Shown: positions 37,702 through 52,809, numbered from the stretch's first letter. The stretch: DNA of 64,000 bases from Octopus vulgaris (GCA_951406725.2 OX597815.1:125364001-125428000), one strand, 5' to 3'. Made by a program: numbers and translations. The notes: generated by a model not told the origin, from the letters alone.

Positions 37702-37927
37702 TTGGGTTGGTGCATAATTATTGCGGCTTTTTTTCAACAAATTTTATTCAACAAAAACATCTTTAAATGATGGTCTGACCATCTGCCAAACAAATGGAAA
37801 ACAGTAGTTGAAGTAGATGGTGAATATGCTCCGGAATAATCACTTAAAGATGTTTTTGTTACGTGTTATTGTTTTTGTTGAATATAATTTGTTGAAAAAA
37901 AGCTGTAATAATTAAGCACCAACCCAA
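37702..37927 (+). mobile_element. 226-bp mariner-derived MITE with TA TSD
   Basis: TA|TTGGGTTGGTGCATAATTATTGCGGCTTTTTT .. AAAAAAGCTGTAATAATTAAGCACCAACCCAA|TA. The interior encodes HLPNKWKTVVEVDGEYAPE*, a mariner C-terminus. Confidence 0.92.
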
Positions 37928-37929
37928 TA

Positions 37930-39300
37930 ATGGACCAAGTTTGAAAGTAACAAAGCTCTCACACCAGTAATTAGGAAAAGCATTAGCTTAGATGATATGC
38001 AGTTCAGTTTTGTGCCAAGTCAATGACCAGCAATAATTTCTTTCTGGAGATACAACCACAAGGAAAATTCCACTCTGCCTAACATTTGTTGGCCTTGAGT
38101 AAGCATTTAACAGAGTACCACACTCTGTGATTGGGTAGTCCTTAAGATAACTAGTTGCATATGAAAAGCTTTTAAGAATGTGCAAGTCATGCACAGTAAT
38201 GCTATCAGTAAGGTGAAAGTTAGCAATAAGTTTAGTGAGGAATTTACTGCGCAGACAGGTGTCTATAAAGTGTTCTCAGTTTTCTCCTATTCACTATATT
38301 TCTTTAGGCCATAAGAGAATTTTTAAGATTGGCTGACCATGGGAACCCCTATATATTAAAGATCTACTTCTCATAGCAAAATCTATTAAAGAATTAGAGA
38401 AAAAATAATTCCAAATGTGGAAGAAAAGCCAAGAATTGAGAGGCCTTAAAATCGAGCAAAAACAAAGGTTTTAATTAAAAGACCCTCTGTTACTTGGAAA
38501 AGGCTATGTGTGATATTGCAGAAAATGAGTAGTTAAGGATACTGAATACAGCAAACTGAATGAGAATTATGAGTACACAAGAGATACAGTAGAATCAAAA
38601 GTAACCGAGCAGAAATGAAGGACTTTGTATGTAGCAGATAGACAAAAGTAAGCAAAACTAATGAATTCTTTCAAATGCTGAGAAGGCTCCCTAGAAGCAA
38701 TTGGGCAGCTTTAGTTACCTAAATAGCCCAATTAACAGTGGATACAGATGTTCTGAAAATATGGTAACTAGAGTAAAAACAATCTGAGAGATTTATTAAA
38801 TCTGCAGGCATGAAAGGAAATCTCTCTTTGAATGAAGGGCAGATTGTATGATGTTTGTGTGCAATGTATGCTATTACATGATAGTGATATGTGGGTACTG
38901 ATTAATGAAGAGGTGTGAAGGCTGGAAAGAAATGATGTTAGCATGCTCCATTAGGTGTGTAAGTATAAATGAAGACCAGTGTACAAATGAAGTGAGAAAA
39001 GCTTAGATACAAGGAGATACATTGTTGTGCATAAGAGAGGAAACTGTAGTATGAAAGATGTAATTCTTATAGAAGATGACAGTTAGGTAAAGAAGTTCTA
39101 AGTAATACAAGAGGAGGGAAACTGTGGAAGAAGTGCAAGGAAAACATGGAAAGTAGTGAAGGCTAATCTGAAGAGACTGATCTTCAATAAAGAGATGACA
39201 ACGGATCACAAAAAGAGGCAAGAAGTCATGCTGGAGGAGACCTAGTCAATCTATGCACACAGAGAAAAATTAAGATGATGCTGATGATGCTAATGAAGAT
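37930..39300 (+). mobile_element. Old decayed RTE LINE
   Basis: Colinear with 8070-9480 (QFSFVP, KAFNRVP, GRLYDVCV), with many stops and a (GAT)-like tail. Confidence 0.75.
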
Positions 39301-39745
39301 AGTAGTGGTGGTGGTGTGTGCATAGTCTATTATATTATAATTTGCATTTGTATACAGACGTGTACACTCCAAGGATTTGCCTAGAATATTGTACTCAAAT
39401 GTTTACCTGTTTATTCTGCCCTTGTGGCAATTAAAGACAATTATTATAATTATCATTAGAGTTGTGGATAGTAGAAAAATCAATAGAACACCTTTCAAAT
39501 TTACTAATGTTCTTTTACATTTTAAGTACATCCCTCCTGTGTTGATTTGGCATCTAATTATTCAGGGATTAATAAAATGACTATAAGGCGGCCAATTGAC
39601 TGAGTTGTTAGAGCATCAGCTAGATTGTTTTGTGGTAATTATTCCAGATTTCTTCTGCCCTCTGAATTCAAAGACCATTGACGTCAACTACTATAGCAGG
39701 CCAATGCTTTGTGTGTGGATATGGTAGATGGAAAGTAAAAGAAGC

Positions 39746-39788
<43 letters not shown>

Positions 39789-42148
39789 CTCTTTTTCTTG
39801 CTTCAGTCATTTTGACTGCAGCCATACTGGAGCACTGCCTTTAGTCAAACAAATCGACCCCAGGACTTACTCTTTGTAAGCCTAGTACTTATTCTATTGG
39901 TTTCTCTTGCCAAACTGCTAAGCCATGGGGACGTAAACACACCAACATCAGTTGTCAAGCAACGGTTGGGAGACAAACACAGACACACAATTACATATAT
40001 ACATATGACATGCTTCTTTCAGTTTCCATCTACCAAATCCACTCACAAGGCTTTGGTCGGCCCAAGTTTATTGAAGACACTTGCCCAAGATGCCACACAG
40101 TGGGATTGAACCCAGAGCCATGATGTAGGGAAGCAAGCTTCTTACCACACCACCACTCCTATAGACTTCTGTACAGTTTTCACCAATCAAATTTCATTCA
40201 AACAGCATTAACTTGAGGAAATTCAAGATGGCTTCTAGATGGTCAACTCAGGCCATGTGCTGTTAATGCTGAATGTGTCAAGTGCCATTTCCTTTCACTC
40301 ACTCGTGTGTATAAATATATCTGTCATACACACACACACACAATAGACTTCTGTACAGTTTTCACCAATCAAATTTCATTCAGACAGCATTAACTTGAGG
40401 ATATACTGGAAGGTACTAATCAAGGGGCAATGCAGTGGGATCAAATCCAGAATCATGTAGTTGTCCAGCCATGCTCCTGGTTGACAAACTCATCAGCCAC
40501 TTTAATAATATTAGTGATAGAAAAGAAAATAATTCAAGAAACTATAGCTTTCCATAACAGTGAATTCTTATACTGGCACATGGTAGGGGGTAGGAAATGT
40601 TATTTAACCTTTTTGACACCAACTTATCTGTGAGTGCTCCTAATCCTATGACACAAACTCCCTTTTTTAAAAGGATCTAAAATCTTACATCAAAATTTTA
40701 TGTTAATTTAAGCTCTAATCAGCTTAATGATGACAGTTATTTTACTAAATTCTTCATTATTTTAAAAATTAATTGTCACAAACTTAGTGTATTTCAACAG
40801 AAATATGGTAACAAAAGGATTAAATAAAATTAATTTGCCTTTCATCCATCTGACCCAGGAGGAGGAAAGGTAAAGTCAAGCAAAGGTAGTGAGATAAACC
40901 TAAATACTTACAGTAGTGTCAAATACATAGTCATTTAGGCAGGCCATTCTTTTTTCTAGGGATAATACTAATAAAAAATAACTACCTCTCTTTAATGATT
41001 AACTTAGCCATTATTACTAGAGATTAATACTACCATTAATACTATAGATTTTAACATTAACCAGTTCAGACGAAATAATAAATATATAATATGCTGAGTA
41101 GGCTACAGAAAATTTATATCATGTCCTGCCATAATCTTCAAAAAGAGTGTTCATCAGATTAATTACTTTGTTTTGTGCAATGAAAGAAATAACGATGAAT
41201 TCTATAAATTGTTAAGCAATCCAGTTAATGGTCCATCAGGCACGTGCTATTTGAGAAATAATCTTCTTGCAGTTCAAGAAACAGTATGCACACTGGAAGT
41301 AGAATGCATTCTCAGACTTTAAAATCACTTGCAGTATCTGACATGCAAAAACCATTTATAGTTTGCTACCAATGAAAGAGTATTTGCTTCAATCTCCATC
41401 ACAGAGGCAATTTGTAGAGGTGAAACCTCAGATGTGTTTTGTTATTTAACAAAAGTATTGGTATTAATTTATTATCCAACTTACATCAGAACTTTGACAA
41501 TGAAACTATTAGAAAAGAAGACTGTATGGCCAGCTGTCAATCACTAGCGAGTATAGATTTGTCACAGGTACTGTGGTTTCACAGATTGTTTAATGTGCCT
41601 CTTTGTATGTAGTTGCAAGCTGACATGGATGTCATTTCAGTCCACTCACCAATGATACATACAGGATATGATATTACCACTAGCATCTGGCTGGTAATCA
41701 TTACAGCGAAGCAGATTGAAGAAATAGAAAATTAAGTTCCTTACTCACAGACATAAAATACTACTCAATCTAGGAATAGAACCCACAGTTTTGTGATCAT
41801 GAATCCAACACTCTAACCACAAGACCATGTTCCTTCACAGAAAAGAAGATTCTTTGTGTCTTTACACTACCAATATAAATTTTCACTCTCTAACCAATAA
41901 AACACGCTAACTGCTAGTGATTGTTATAGTTTAGCCCCAGATCATCTTTAACTGAGCAAAATGATGATGAATGACATTCCAGCTATGATCATCCATCTTT
42001 TTTATTTTTACAGGCAACAGGTTGTCAAGTGTATATTTAAAACCACAGAGTGTCATTTAAGGGAGTTTTGGCTCCAATTTCAAGCACGCCAAATTGAGAT
42101 GTAGTGGTTTCATGTTTCATTCTTAGCTAATCAAAAAGGTTTGTAATG

Positions 42149-42632
42149 TACAAGGGAGTACCCAAAAGTAACCAGAAATGTTCTCTGTGGGACAAGCCTG
42201 TGATAGTTCAGACATCAGTCTGCCAACTGATGGCAGCAATTGAAGTCATACTGCCATGTGGTACATCTATGTTTTGCAGCACTTTTCCCTTGTTGGTCAA
42301 TTTTTGCAATGGCTGAAACAAAGAAACAGTGTGCTTCCATGAAATTCTCTTTTATACTGTGGAAAACAGCAGCCAAAACAGTTATCATGCTTCAAACTGC
42401 AATGAGCAACATACAAGCTTACGAGTGGTTTTCATGCATTAGGAATGTTGCTTAAAGACCAACCTTGTTTGGGGCAACTGTCAACCTCATGTATGAATGA
42501 AAACATCATGAAAATTCATGAACTGATCTTGGAGGACTGTCACTGAACAACTAATGAACTTGTTGATATGACAGGTGTGTCCTGGAGCTCCCGCCAATGA
42601 ATTTTGAACAAGGAATTGTGAATGAAAAGAGT
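42149..42632 (+). mobile_element. Mariner 5' half, cut off by RTE sequence
   Basis: TACAAGGGAGTACCCAAAAGTAACC terminus; remnant KQCASMKF..KTAAKTVIMLQ..YEWF. Confidence 0.6.
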
Positions 42633-44452
42633 TGTAGCAACTTCAGGATCAGGGCTAAATGGTTGCCCAGAAGACCACCAGCATGGAAAAGAAGGGTCTG
42701 GAAGTTTAAGGATCCTCTGAATGGACAGAGATTTAGAGATGTATTACTTGAAGCTTTTGATGAAAAAGAGGACGATACAATATCACATAATGTGAAGGAC
42801 AACTGGAGGTCCCTATGAGACAACCTGTTGAAGGCTACTGACCAGATCAGTGGCAGGAGCAAAGTCCCTTCATTCATATTATTTTACTGTTTTTAAGCAT
42901 AAGCTTTTAATAATATGATGATTTAGTAGTTAGCAACTTCAGGATAAGGGCTAAATGGTTGCCCAGAAGATGACCAGCATGGAAAAGAAAGGCCTGGAAG
43001 CTTAAGGATCCTCTCAATGGACAGAGAGTTACAGATATATTACTTGAAGCTTTTAATGAAAAAGAGGAGAATGTAGCATCACATAATGTGGAGGACATCT
43101 GGAGGTTCCTACAAGACAACCTGTTGAGGGCTACTGACCAAATCTTGACTAAGGTAACGTGACAGTGGAACAATGTAGTTGACAAGGCTATTAGGGAAAA
43201 GAAACAGGCATGGAAGGACTAGAAGTGTGGTGGTAGCAGGGAACTGTATCAGATGACCAGAAGAGAAACTAAGAGACAGGTTTACTTAGCCAGAGGGGAA
43301 GCAGATAAAAAATTTGTCAATGTTCTGCATCGTGAGGACCAGAGACTTAAAGTGTTTTGTATTGCAAGACAGTGTGTGAAAGAGAATCATGATGTCATAG
43401 GGACCAGCTATTCAAACTGACAGTACCTTGATAGATAAAGAAATTAAGCATATGAAGACAGGCAAAACCCCGGCCCATCAGGAATCACTGCTGAGATGCT
43501 TAAAATATCTAGTGGTGTAGGCTATAGTCTAGTCACCTGTATAGTCAACCAGGTGATACATGAAGGAGTCATACCCATGACTAGTGTAGCAGCACAATAG
43601 TCAACTGCTACAAAGGTAAAGGTGACACATTAGATAGGAATAATTACAGCAGTATCAATTTGTTGGATCAGGTGATGAAAGTCATGGAGAGGGTCATAAC
43701 CGAACTAATTAGGGAGAGAGTTAGTTAAGACAAGATACAATTTGGGTTTGTGCCAGGGAGAAGCATCACTGATACTATATTTCTGGTTAGAAAGATAAAC
43801 CTCTTTTATCTCTAGCCGAAGATAAACCTCAGTACTTGGCTTTCATTGACATGAAGAAAGCCTTTAACAGGATTCCCCAATTCCTTATTTTGAGAAGACC
43901 CGGCAAACCAAGTGAGATTGTAGTCATGGCTGATGCCAGTGTCACATAACTGGCCTATCTAAAAGTACCCTTCAATCGTTGGGGAATATTCTGTGCATCA
44001 GAAAACCTGTTGAGTCAAGTGAAATCATAGTTGTGGCCAATGCCAGTGCTACCTGACGGGAATCTGTGCCAGTGGCACATAAAAAAGTACCATTCGAGCA
44101 TGGCTGATACCAGTGCCACCTGACTGGCACCCATGCTAGTGGAACATAAAAAGCACCATTTGAGTGTGGTTACTGCCAGTGCTGCCTGATTGGTTCCCGT
44201 GCTGGTAGCATAAAAAAAGTACCATTCGACCATAGTCGATGCCAGTGCTGCCTGACTGGCCCCCATGCCAGTGGCATGTAAAAAGCACCCACTACACTCT
44301 CAAAGTAGTTGGTGTTAGGAAGGGCATCCAGCTTCAGAAACCTTGCCAGATCAGATTGGAGCCTGGTGCAGCCTCCTGGCTTACCAGTCCTCAGTCAAAC
44401 CATCCAACCCATACCAGCATGGAAAGTGGATGTTAAACGACGATGATGATGA
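42632..44452 (+). mobile_element. Rearranged RTE LINE (EN-RT linker duplicated, RT start, 3' UTR, (GAT)n)
   Basis: 42632-42850 is duplicated at 42930-43145; 43495-43885 is homologous to 7905-8300; there are ~60-bp tandem units at 44030-44290. Confidence 0.85.
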
Positions 44453-47400
44453 CTTCCAGTGTTTTTCATCAACTTTTGTGGGAAGTCAGTTATGTCTATA
44501 TTAGGTGATACTGGATAAAATAACTGAGACAGTAAAGTCTAGAACAAAAAGCAGTTAGTGTCATTTCCATGAGTTAAAATCCTGGTGCAAGTTTAATTTT
44601 CAGTTTCCTCCTTCTAATGATGTACAAATAAGTGTCAGAAATAAATTATTATTATTAGCCCTGTCAAGTCATAAAAACAAGATATAGTACTCCTCGGGAT
44701 ATATTCAGCAAAAGAGCTAGCACTCCTAGGTTTTATTTAACTACAGTTAGTCCATTTGGGGTATATTTGGTAAAAAAAGATAATAGAAGGAAGACATTGC
44801 AAATGAGAGATGGCCACCATCTTAAACAAATATGGATTGTAAAATATGTCTTCTAACTTACAAAAGAGTGTTTTAAAAATAGGTGGTTAGCTGCAGCTTT
44901 AGTGTAGAAGAATAATTTGGGAAAATTGTTAGAATATCAGACAGACTGCTAGGCAGTATTTCTTCCATTCTTCATACTGTGAGGTCAACTTTCTATTTCA
45001 TCCTTCCAGGGTTAGGAAAATGTACCAATCTAAGATGGTAGATAGATGGAATTGTAAGAAAGTTGAACTGAAGTTGAAAGAACGTTTGCTCTGCAGTATG
45101 CTCCAGCTCATGTTCTAAATTCAAATTGCACCATAACCTGCTGTCCAATTTAACACCACTACCTGGTACCTTAGCTGCCCTGAGTGGAGTCCAGTAAATG
45201 TGGCAAACATTTAGGCCTCCTTCTCTCCCTTCTATCACTCTCAGAGGCATTACAACAGGTCATGGGTACTGTCATCCCTTCTAACCAAAAGATAAAAAAG
45301 TGCATAGAGAAATATCCCTTTCAATGAATCTATTTCAGGAGACATTTCTAAAGGATCCTACAGCTAACTAAATAGAGGCATAAAAAAGTGAATTAATTAT
45401 ATTGTAAAAATTCACAACAAACTGTCTCAAACAGATTTGAACCCAAGATCTTTCAGCTGGGATAAGATCTGGTACAATTGTATATGCCACAGTTTTAAAT
45501 GTATACATATCCTGTCTCCTGATGTCATAAAAAGCAACTAAAAGAGTAATGCAACAGGAGGGAAATGCTCCGATAAAACAATTCAAATAACCCGACAACG
45601 ACAGTGACAACGATGGTTGTGATAATGATAATGAACTTTTAAGAGACAGTCTTATACAACGTTCACATGTTCCGTTAACTTTACTTCCAACTTCGACAGA
45701 TTCATTTGCCAGGCATGTTGCAAAATATTCACTTTATCTCTATGTTCATTTCACAAGTTTAAAGATCGTTTGCATGTTGCTAAGTTCACAAGAAGTGGGA
45801 GTTCAACGACTGACTAAAAAGATGACAATTCATATCTCTATTACCAGCAATGCATGTAAGCCATGACCTAAGTGACAACTGTCATTGTTCTTGTTTAACT
45901 CACTGCAAACGGCTAACGTTTAGTGATAAAACGAAACATAACAGAATAAATGTTTTGCTAGCTGTCAGTGCTGAGTTTGAATCTTCAGTCACGGATGACT
46001 TGCAAGGTGTAACAAAATAGAACATAGTTTCACCGTGACTTAATGAAAAATACGAATATTCCTTTTCACGTGGGTTAATCCTCTAAAATATATCTTAGAT
46101 TAGATGAGGGAAGTCAAGCAATAACATTTAAACACAATAATCTTGTCGATAAGAGGAGAGGGAAAAAGATGGGAGGAGGAGGAGAGAGAGAGAATACATA
46201 GAAGCTAAGTTCTATTTTAAGAGTACAAATTTTTTTTAAAGAAACGATGCAAGGGGAATAACCCTTGATGATCTAGTCTGAGAAAATGTAAACCACAATT
46301 CATTAAATTTTATTTATGTTTCTCAAAAGAGTAAAAGAGTAAAAGGAAGGGGAAATAACTTATGGCAGTATGTCTCAAAATGGATTCGGTGAAAATATTC
46401 TCTATTTCCACGAGACGAGGCGTCTATTATTAAAATTTAATCAAAAATTTAATTCATAAAAAAATAGTAATCGCAATTTTCAAAATAATAAATTGTTTTG
46501 TTTTTCAATAGGGTAAATTTTCTCTCTGAAACTATTTTTGTTTTATTTAATCTCTTATTAAAAATATTAAAATTAAGATGGCGGGACTTGTCCATAAAAT
46601 ACAGGCGTTCCACAAGTTTAGGAACCAGTAATTTATGCCATTCATATTTTTTTCTAAAGACAATAATCATGGGGTTTCTAAATGGAATTTGAAACATACG
46701 ACAAAAAGCCACAGATACATTATGCTTATATAGTTGTATGATAATACACATTATATTACATTATATTATATCACATTATATTGTATATTATATTAAGCTC
46801 ACTTCATATTTTCAATGTGAAATTATAGAATTTTATATCCAAGTGAAGTATTTTCCATTGTATTTCAGTTTTTAGAGGTTTCGCTTAATTTCCCAACAAA
46901 TCACAGAACCACAGATAAAAAAAACAAAAAAAAATTTTTAAAAAAACATGTGCATGTGTGTGTTTCAGATGGCGGTGCTACAAAGAATCTAAATTTTAGT
47001 GATCTTGCTAATACCAACCCGTCTGAAAATGAATACATCATGGTGGTTTCAAGTTGCCTAGTGAAGACCCAAATGAAGATTTGAGTTCAATATTCCAAGT
47101 TAAAAATAGAATGAAAATGAAACAGCAAAGTTCAATATGCAATTTACTTAAAATAATCTATCTCGTTATAGAGAGGGTGAAACAACGTGGATTGAAAAGT
47201 AAAGAGTTGAACAAATTGCCATTTTTTAATAAAATTAACATGGTTTACAAGCATTAAAACTTGTGCACAACCATCCTGAAGAAAGAAAAATTATTGAGAT
47301 GCAAACTGTATTTGTCTTCTCGTTAATAAAAAGGTGGGACTGAGCTTCTCTACAAACTACTATCCTAAAATCATGTTCCGTCATTATTAAACAGTCATTT

Positions 47401-47726
47401 ATCAGTGAGATTCATAGCAAATCACTGATGAGAGATGAGCCAACATTAACCTAGTTGTGTTTTGTAACAACATTGAAACTAAATAGTGTCACCCGTCTAT
47501 TCTCAGCAACTTTCACCAACCGTTACAGATATATGATGGATTAAATGTGTGAAGAAAACAATAAAAAAACTTTAATATAAATTCCATACATTCCATCTAA
47601 CTTAGTTTGATGAAAATTCTTTTTGGATATCATAAGCCAAACATGTCAGAAATAAGTATATGGCATTAAAGCTATAACAAAATATTTAAATAAATGAACT
47701 CATGGTTTTCACATTTACTTAAATCT

Positions 47727-48218
47727 GTTGAGGCAAGCGAAGTCGATATCAAACCTCATCCAACGACAGGCACCCATGCCAACCCCCTTTGCTTGCGAAG
47801 ACATGTTGGGGCAAGTGAAATCGAAATCGAAATCGGAATCGAAATTGAACCAATCCTATGACTGGCACCCGGCAGATGCCAGGACCCCTGGACAGGTGGT
47901 ACGTAAAAAGCACTATCAGAATCGTGGCCGATGCCAGCGCCGCCTCGACTGGCTTCCGTGCCGGTGGCACGTAAAATGCACCAATCCGACCATGGCCATT
48001 GCCAGCCTCGCCTGGCACCTGTGCGGGTGGCACGTAAAAAGCACCCACTACACTCACGGAGTGGTTGGTGTTAGGAAGGGCATCCAGCTGTAGAAACATT
48101 GCCAGATAAGACTGGAGCCTGGTGCAGCCTTCTGGCTTCCCAGATCCCCGGTCGAACCGTCCAACCCATGCTAGCATGGAGAACGGACGTTAAACGATGA
48201 TGATGATGATGATGATGA
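47727..48218 (+). mobile_element. RTE 3' UTR copy with (GAT)n tail
   Basis: Homologous to 9575-10080; CpG-rich, so probably young. Confidence 0.85.
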
Positions 48219-48944
48219 AAGATATAATGTTAATATCATACGTAAGAAACTCTGAAAGACAATGAAATATATATTTTTAACAATACAACACAAAGGTGAT
48301 AAAGTTATAAATAATAGCTTGTAAATACTGGGTTTAAAAAACCACTTGGATGACAAAGGTCAAAGGCTACCCATAGGATATGAACCAATATCTTCTGTAA
48401 ACATGACAGAACAATTACCAAAAATAATAATTTTTGATTTATCATAACCAAATAAAAAGCTACAACATTACAACAACAAAGATACTTGAGGTATAACAGT
48501 GTGAAGTCTGCTTCCAGCCATGGGATCTTGGATTGAGTCACACAGAGTAGCACCTTATGCAAGTGTCTTCTACTATAATTTCATGCCAAGCAAAGCCTTT
48601 TGAGTGGAATAGGTGGATAGAAACTGAAAGAAGCCCATTAAGTGTGTGCATGTGTGCACACATGCATGAGTGTTTGTGAGTCCTTGTGATGACATTGTGG
48701 TTATATTTGTAAATGAATGTCACCCTCATTTAAGTGGTGTTGTTCCTTTTCAATCTTCCCTGAAAACATATCCAGCCATGGGGAAATATTTCTTCGCTTG
48801 GAAACAGGTGAGGGCTGACATCAAGAAGGAGATCCAACTGAAGAAAATCTGTCTTAGCATATTGTTTGACCCACAGAAGTACGAAAAAAAAGTGGGTTAC
48901 AGTGATGATGGACATTTTATAATATTTAAATTATTAAAAGTGAA

Positions 48945-49240
48945 GGCCTAGTGGTAAGGATGCTGCACTCCCGATCCAGTGATTGTGAGTTTGATTTCTG
49001 AACTGAGCAATACATTGTGTTCTTGAGCAAAATACTTCATTTCACATTACTCCAGTCCACTCAGCTATAAATGAATAACCTTGCAATGGACTAGCTTTCT
49101 GATCAAGGTGAATGTTGGCTTGCTCACCTAGCCAGTGGGGTGGCATCATACAAAAGCTAAAAATGATGCAAAGGGCATTATGACCAGTGATGTATAACAA
49201 CATCAAATATTCTGGTTGATCACAATCGATCATGTGATAT
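48945..49240 (+). mobile_element. Older tRNA-derived SINE with a CORE-like segment, sharing its 3' part with family A
   Basis: ggcctagtggtaagg head, ttgtgttcttgagcaaaatacttcattt segment, and tail gcattatgaccagtgatgtataacaacatc. Related pieces lie at 62590-62730 (+) and 41640-41840 (-). Confidence 0.6.
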
Positions 49241-52200
49241 TATCAAATTTATTAAGCTTTCAACTCAATATAAAACTTTAATTTTTTTTTTTCTATCAAT
49301 GTAGCCAGATATCATAGAAAATAAACAAACTTTTGGTAAGTTGTGTCCATGGCTCAGTTTCAGTTCACAATTGTAACCTTTCCTCTGACACTTCTATTGA
49401 ATTTACAGAAAGGCATGAATGTTCCAGAATATTACGTTTTAGACTACATACATGAGGCCTTGATATTGCATGAAAAAAATCAGTTATCTTTCATTTTTTA
49501 CTAGTTTCAGTCATTAGACTATGGCCATGCTGATGCACCAACTTGAAGATATTTTAGTTGTGGTTATTATTTTTCATAAAGCCTGGCACTTATTTTATCA
49601 GTCTCTTTTGCTGAACTACTAAGTTATAGGGATACAAACATGCTAACACCAGTTGTCAAGCAGTCGTGGAAGACAAACACAAAACAAAGACACACACACA
49701 TACATATATATATATGACAGACTTCTTTCAGTATCTGTGTATCAAATCCACTCACAACACTTTGATCAGCCCAATGCTACAGTAGAAAGTACTTAGTCAA
49801 AATATCATACTGTGGAACTGAACCCAGAACCATGTGGTTGGAAAGCAAGCTTCTTACCACACAGCCACGTCTGCACCTGTATATTAATAATTCTTTAACT
49901 ATAAACTCCTACTTTGTTTTTGTACAATAATTTTTTGGTTGCACACATATTTTATTGATAGCTAGCATAAGTTAGAGTTATGCTTGAATAGCTATGGCAA
50001 GGTTTCTATAACTGGATCTCTTAATGCAAACCATCCAGCCATGAAATAGGAATGACAACTATTTTTCAGTTAAAATATGATGCCTTGCCTAAAGGTAGAC
50101 TGTATAGTTTTGAACTTTTGATCAGAAAGTTAAATAAAAAGTACATTAATACTTTAATTAGTATCATAATTACTGACATTTTTATAATTACTTGAAACTA
50201 CAAACAAAAATGTTCAATGATCTTTCAGGATTATCATATCCTTCAAGTTTGTTCCTAATGACCTTGGTCTTCATTAATGAAGGCCGGTCTAGCCCTTAAC
50301 TATTGTGGACTATGAACCTATTACAATGGTTTACCAATCTAGTATAGAAAGATAGCAGAGTAATGCACATTAATGGTTTACCAAGTTTTAAACAGTCATT
50401 TTCAATATCAAACATAATTCATCATTCTTTCAAACAACACTTGGTATCTTCATCTATCAGATAGCTTCTTTGTTTATTACGATAAAGTCTGTTTCTTAGA
50501 ATCACTCTTTTAAATTACCAATGTGTATGAATGAGATATTACTTTTCAAATAGGAATGCCTTTATTTAAACTATGAATTGAGAAAACAAGTGAGAAAAAC
50601 ATTAAAGGCAGAAAAGACTAAATTATTCACAAAATCATGATGCCAACTAAATTTTCCTAATATCAAAAATATTGTAAAATAATGTTTTAAAATCAAACAC
50701 AGATCAATCATAACATTTTAGGATCGTAATGATCAGTGGAACATCTGTAAAAGAACAGAAGGATTCTTAAAAAAAAATGTGTCATTAAGTGAACCAGAAA
50801 GTAAAAACACATTTTGATTTGGGACTAATTATAAAGACATTTAAATGAGAAAATCTGAAACAATCAGCATTCTCTCTCTCTCTCTCTCCCTCACACATAC
50901 ACAGAGGAAGACTAAGTAAGTCTTCAACACTAAATAACTAGTGGGTTATTGTTGCGAGGTGTCCCTTTCTGTATTTCCTAATTTCTCTTCTGCAAGTCTG
51001 TGTAGGCAACATATAAGCTTAACTTAAGCACAAGACTCTCCTCCCAGTCCCAACACTAAACTCTTCACTACATTCTTCTTTGTCCAAACTGTGACCCCTT
51101 TAAAACACACACACACCCATCTCTGATTACATTTCCCTGCTAACAATTAATTTCAAACAATTCAACAGTGACCTTATTACATTCTGTACAGGAGAGTGTA
51201 AAATATCTTTGGCAATTAAGGCTTTATGAACAGAAATAGTTATTAGTTTATGATACAAAAAAAAAAAAATGGAAAAGAATTATTATGATTTATTGGATGT
51301 TCATTCACTTGTAGGAGTGGCTGTGTGGTAAGTAGCTTGCTTACCAACCACATGATTCCGGGTTCAGTCCCACTGCGTGGCACTTTGGGCAAATGTCTTC
51401 TACTATAGCCTCAGGCCAATCAAAGCCTTGTGAGTGGATTTGGTAGATGAAAACTGAAAGAAGCCCATCGTATATATATATATATATTATATGTGTGTGT
51501 GTGTGTATATATATGTGTGTGTATATATATATAGGTAGATAGATAGATATGTATGTGTGTGTGAGTGCATGTTTGTCCCCCCAACATCGCTTGACAACCG
51601 ATGCTGGTGTGTTTATGTCCCCATAACTTAGCAGCAGTTCGGCAAAAGATCGATAGAATAAGTACTAGGTTTATAAAGAATGATGTCCATTTTTCTATGC
51701 TATCATGATTTAATGGCTGGATGCTCTTCCTGTCACCAACACTTAATTCCATGTGTGTTCCAAAGCAAAGGGCAACCGTTGGAATGTCAACATCATCATT
51801 GTTTCATCCAAGAAAGGACGTATGGAATATCAACACATACATTCTCTTTCACACACATATATACCACAATGCATCCTGCCCAACCTTGAAACAGTTCTTC
51901 CAATCCACCACCTTCTATTGTTACTTTTTTATTGACACTGAAATTATGAAAGGCAAAGTTGACTTCAGCAGGATTTGAACTCAGCGCATGGATAGTCAGA
52001 ACAAATACTGTGAGGCAGTTTATCCAATGATTATCAACTCACTGTCTTACAAGAGGATAATACATTCAAATTCATCTGTTACAAATAGATTATCCTGGAA
52101 TCTTACCAGTAAAGGACTGGTTGGTGTCTTATCTTTTCTTATCCACACCACAGAGCCCTGGCAAAACCTTAAGAGAGCTTTAGCTATTAAAATAAATTTA

Positions 52201-52315
52201 CCCTTTCTAGAATTAAATCTATGTGTTACCTCCATCTGCTGAGTCAAAACAGTTCAAATTACACACCATTCCCTAACCTTAAACAGGTATACTGATTTCT
52301 CTCTCTCTCTCATCA

Positions 52316-52377
<62 letters not shown>

Positions 52378-52809
52378 CCATGCAATTTTAATTAAGTCCA
52401 GAACAAGGACAGTAGTCTTCATCATCTAATAAAAATATAAATTCTCAATATTCAACGATAAAGTGATACTGTTGTTGATCACTGAACTGCAAAATTTAAT
52501 CAATAAAAAATACAAGACTTCTATCTTAATATTTTTTCTTTAGTCAGTATGTATTACGGTCAATCCTCTGAGCTTTCAAATTCCAGCAGAAAGAAAAGAG
52601 TCATACAACAGTTCTTTTATCATATAATTCCATCTGGATTTGAAGAAAGAAAATAAAAAGTCTGATATAAGGGACATAACCGCTACTGCAAAGAAAATAC
52701 TGGCAATCGATAATGGTTGGAAGAAATTCTAAGCTTTTTTTAAAAAATTTTTTTCATCCCTGATCAATATACTACTACTGCTACATATGACGATGATGAC
52801 GACGACAAA

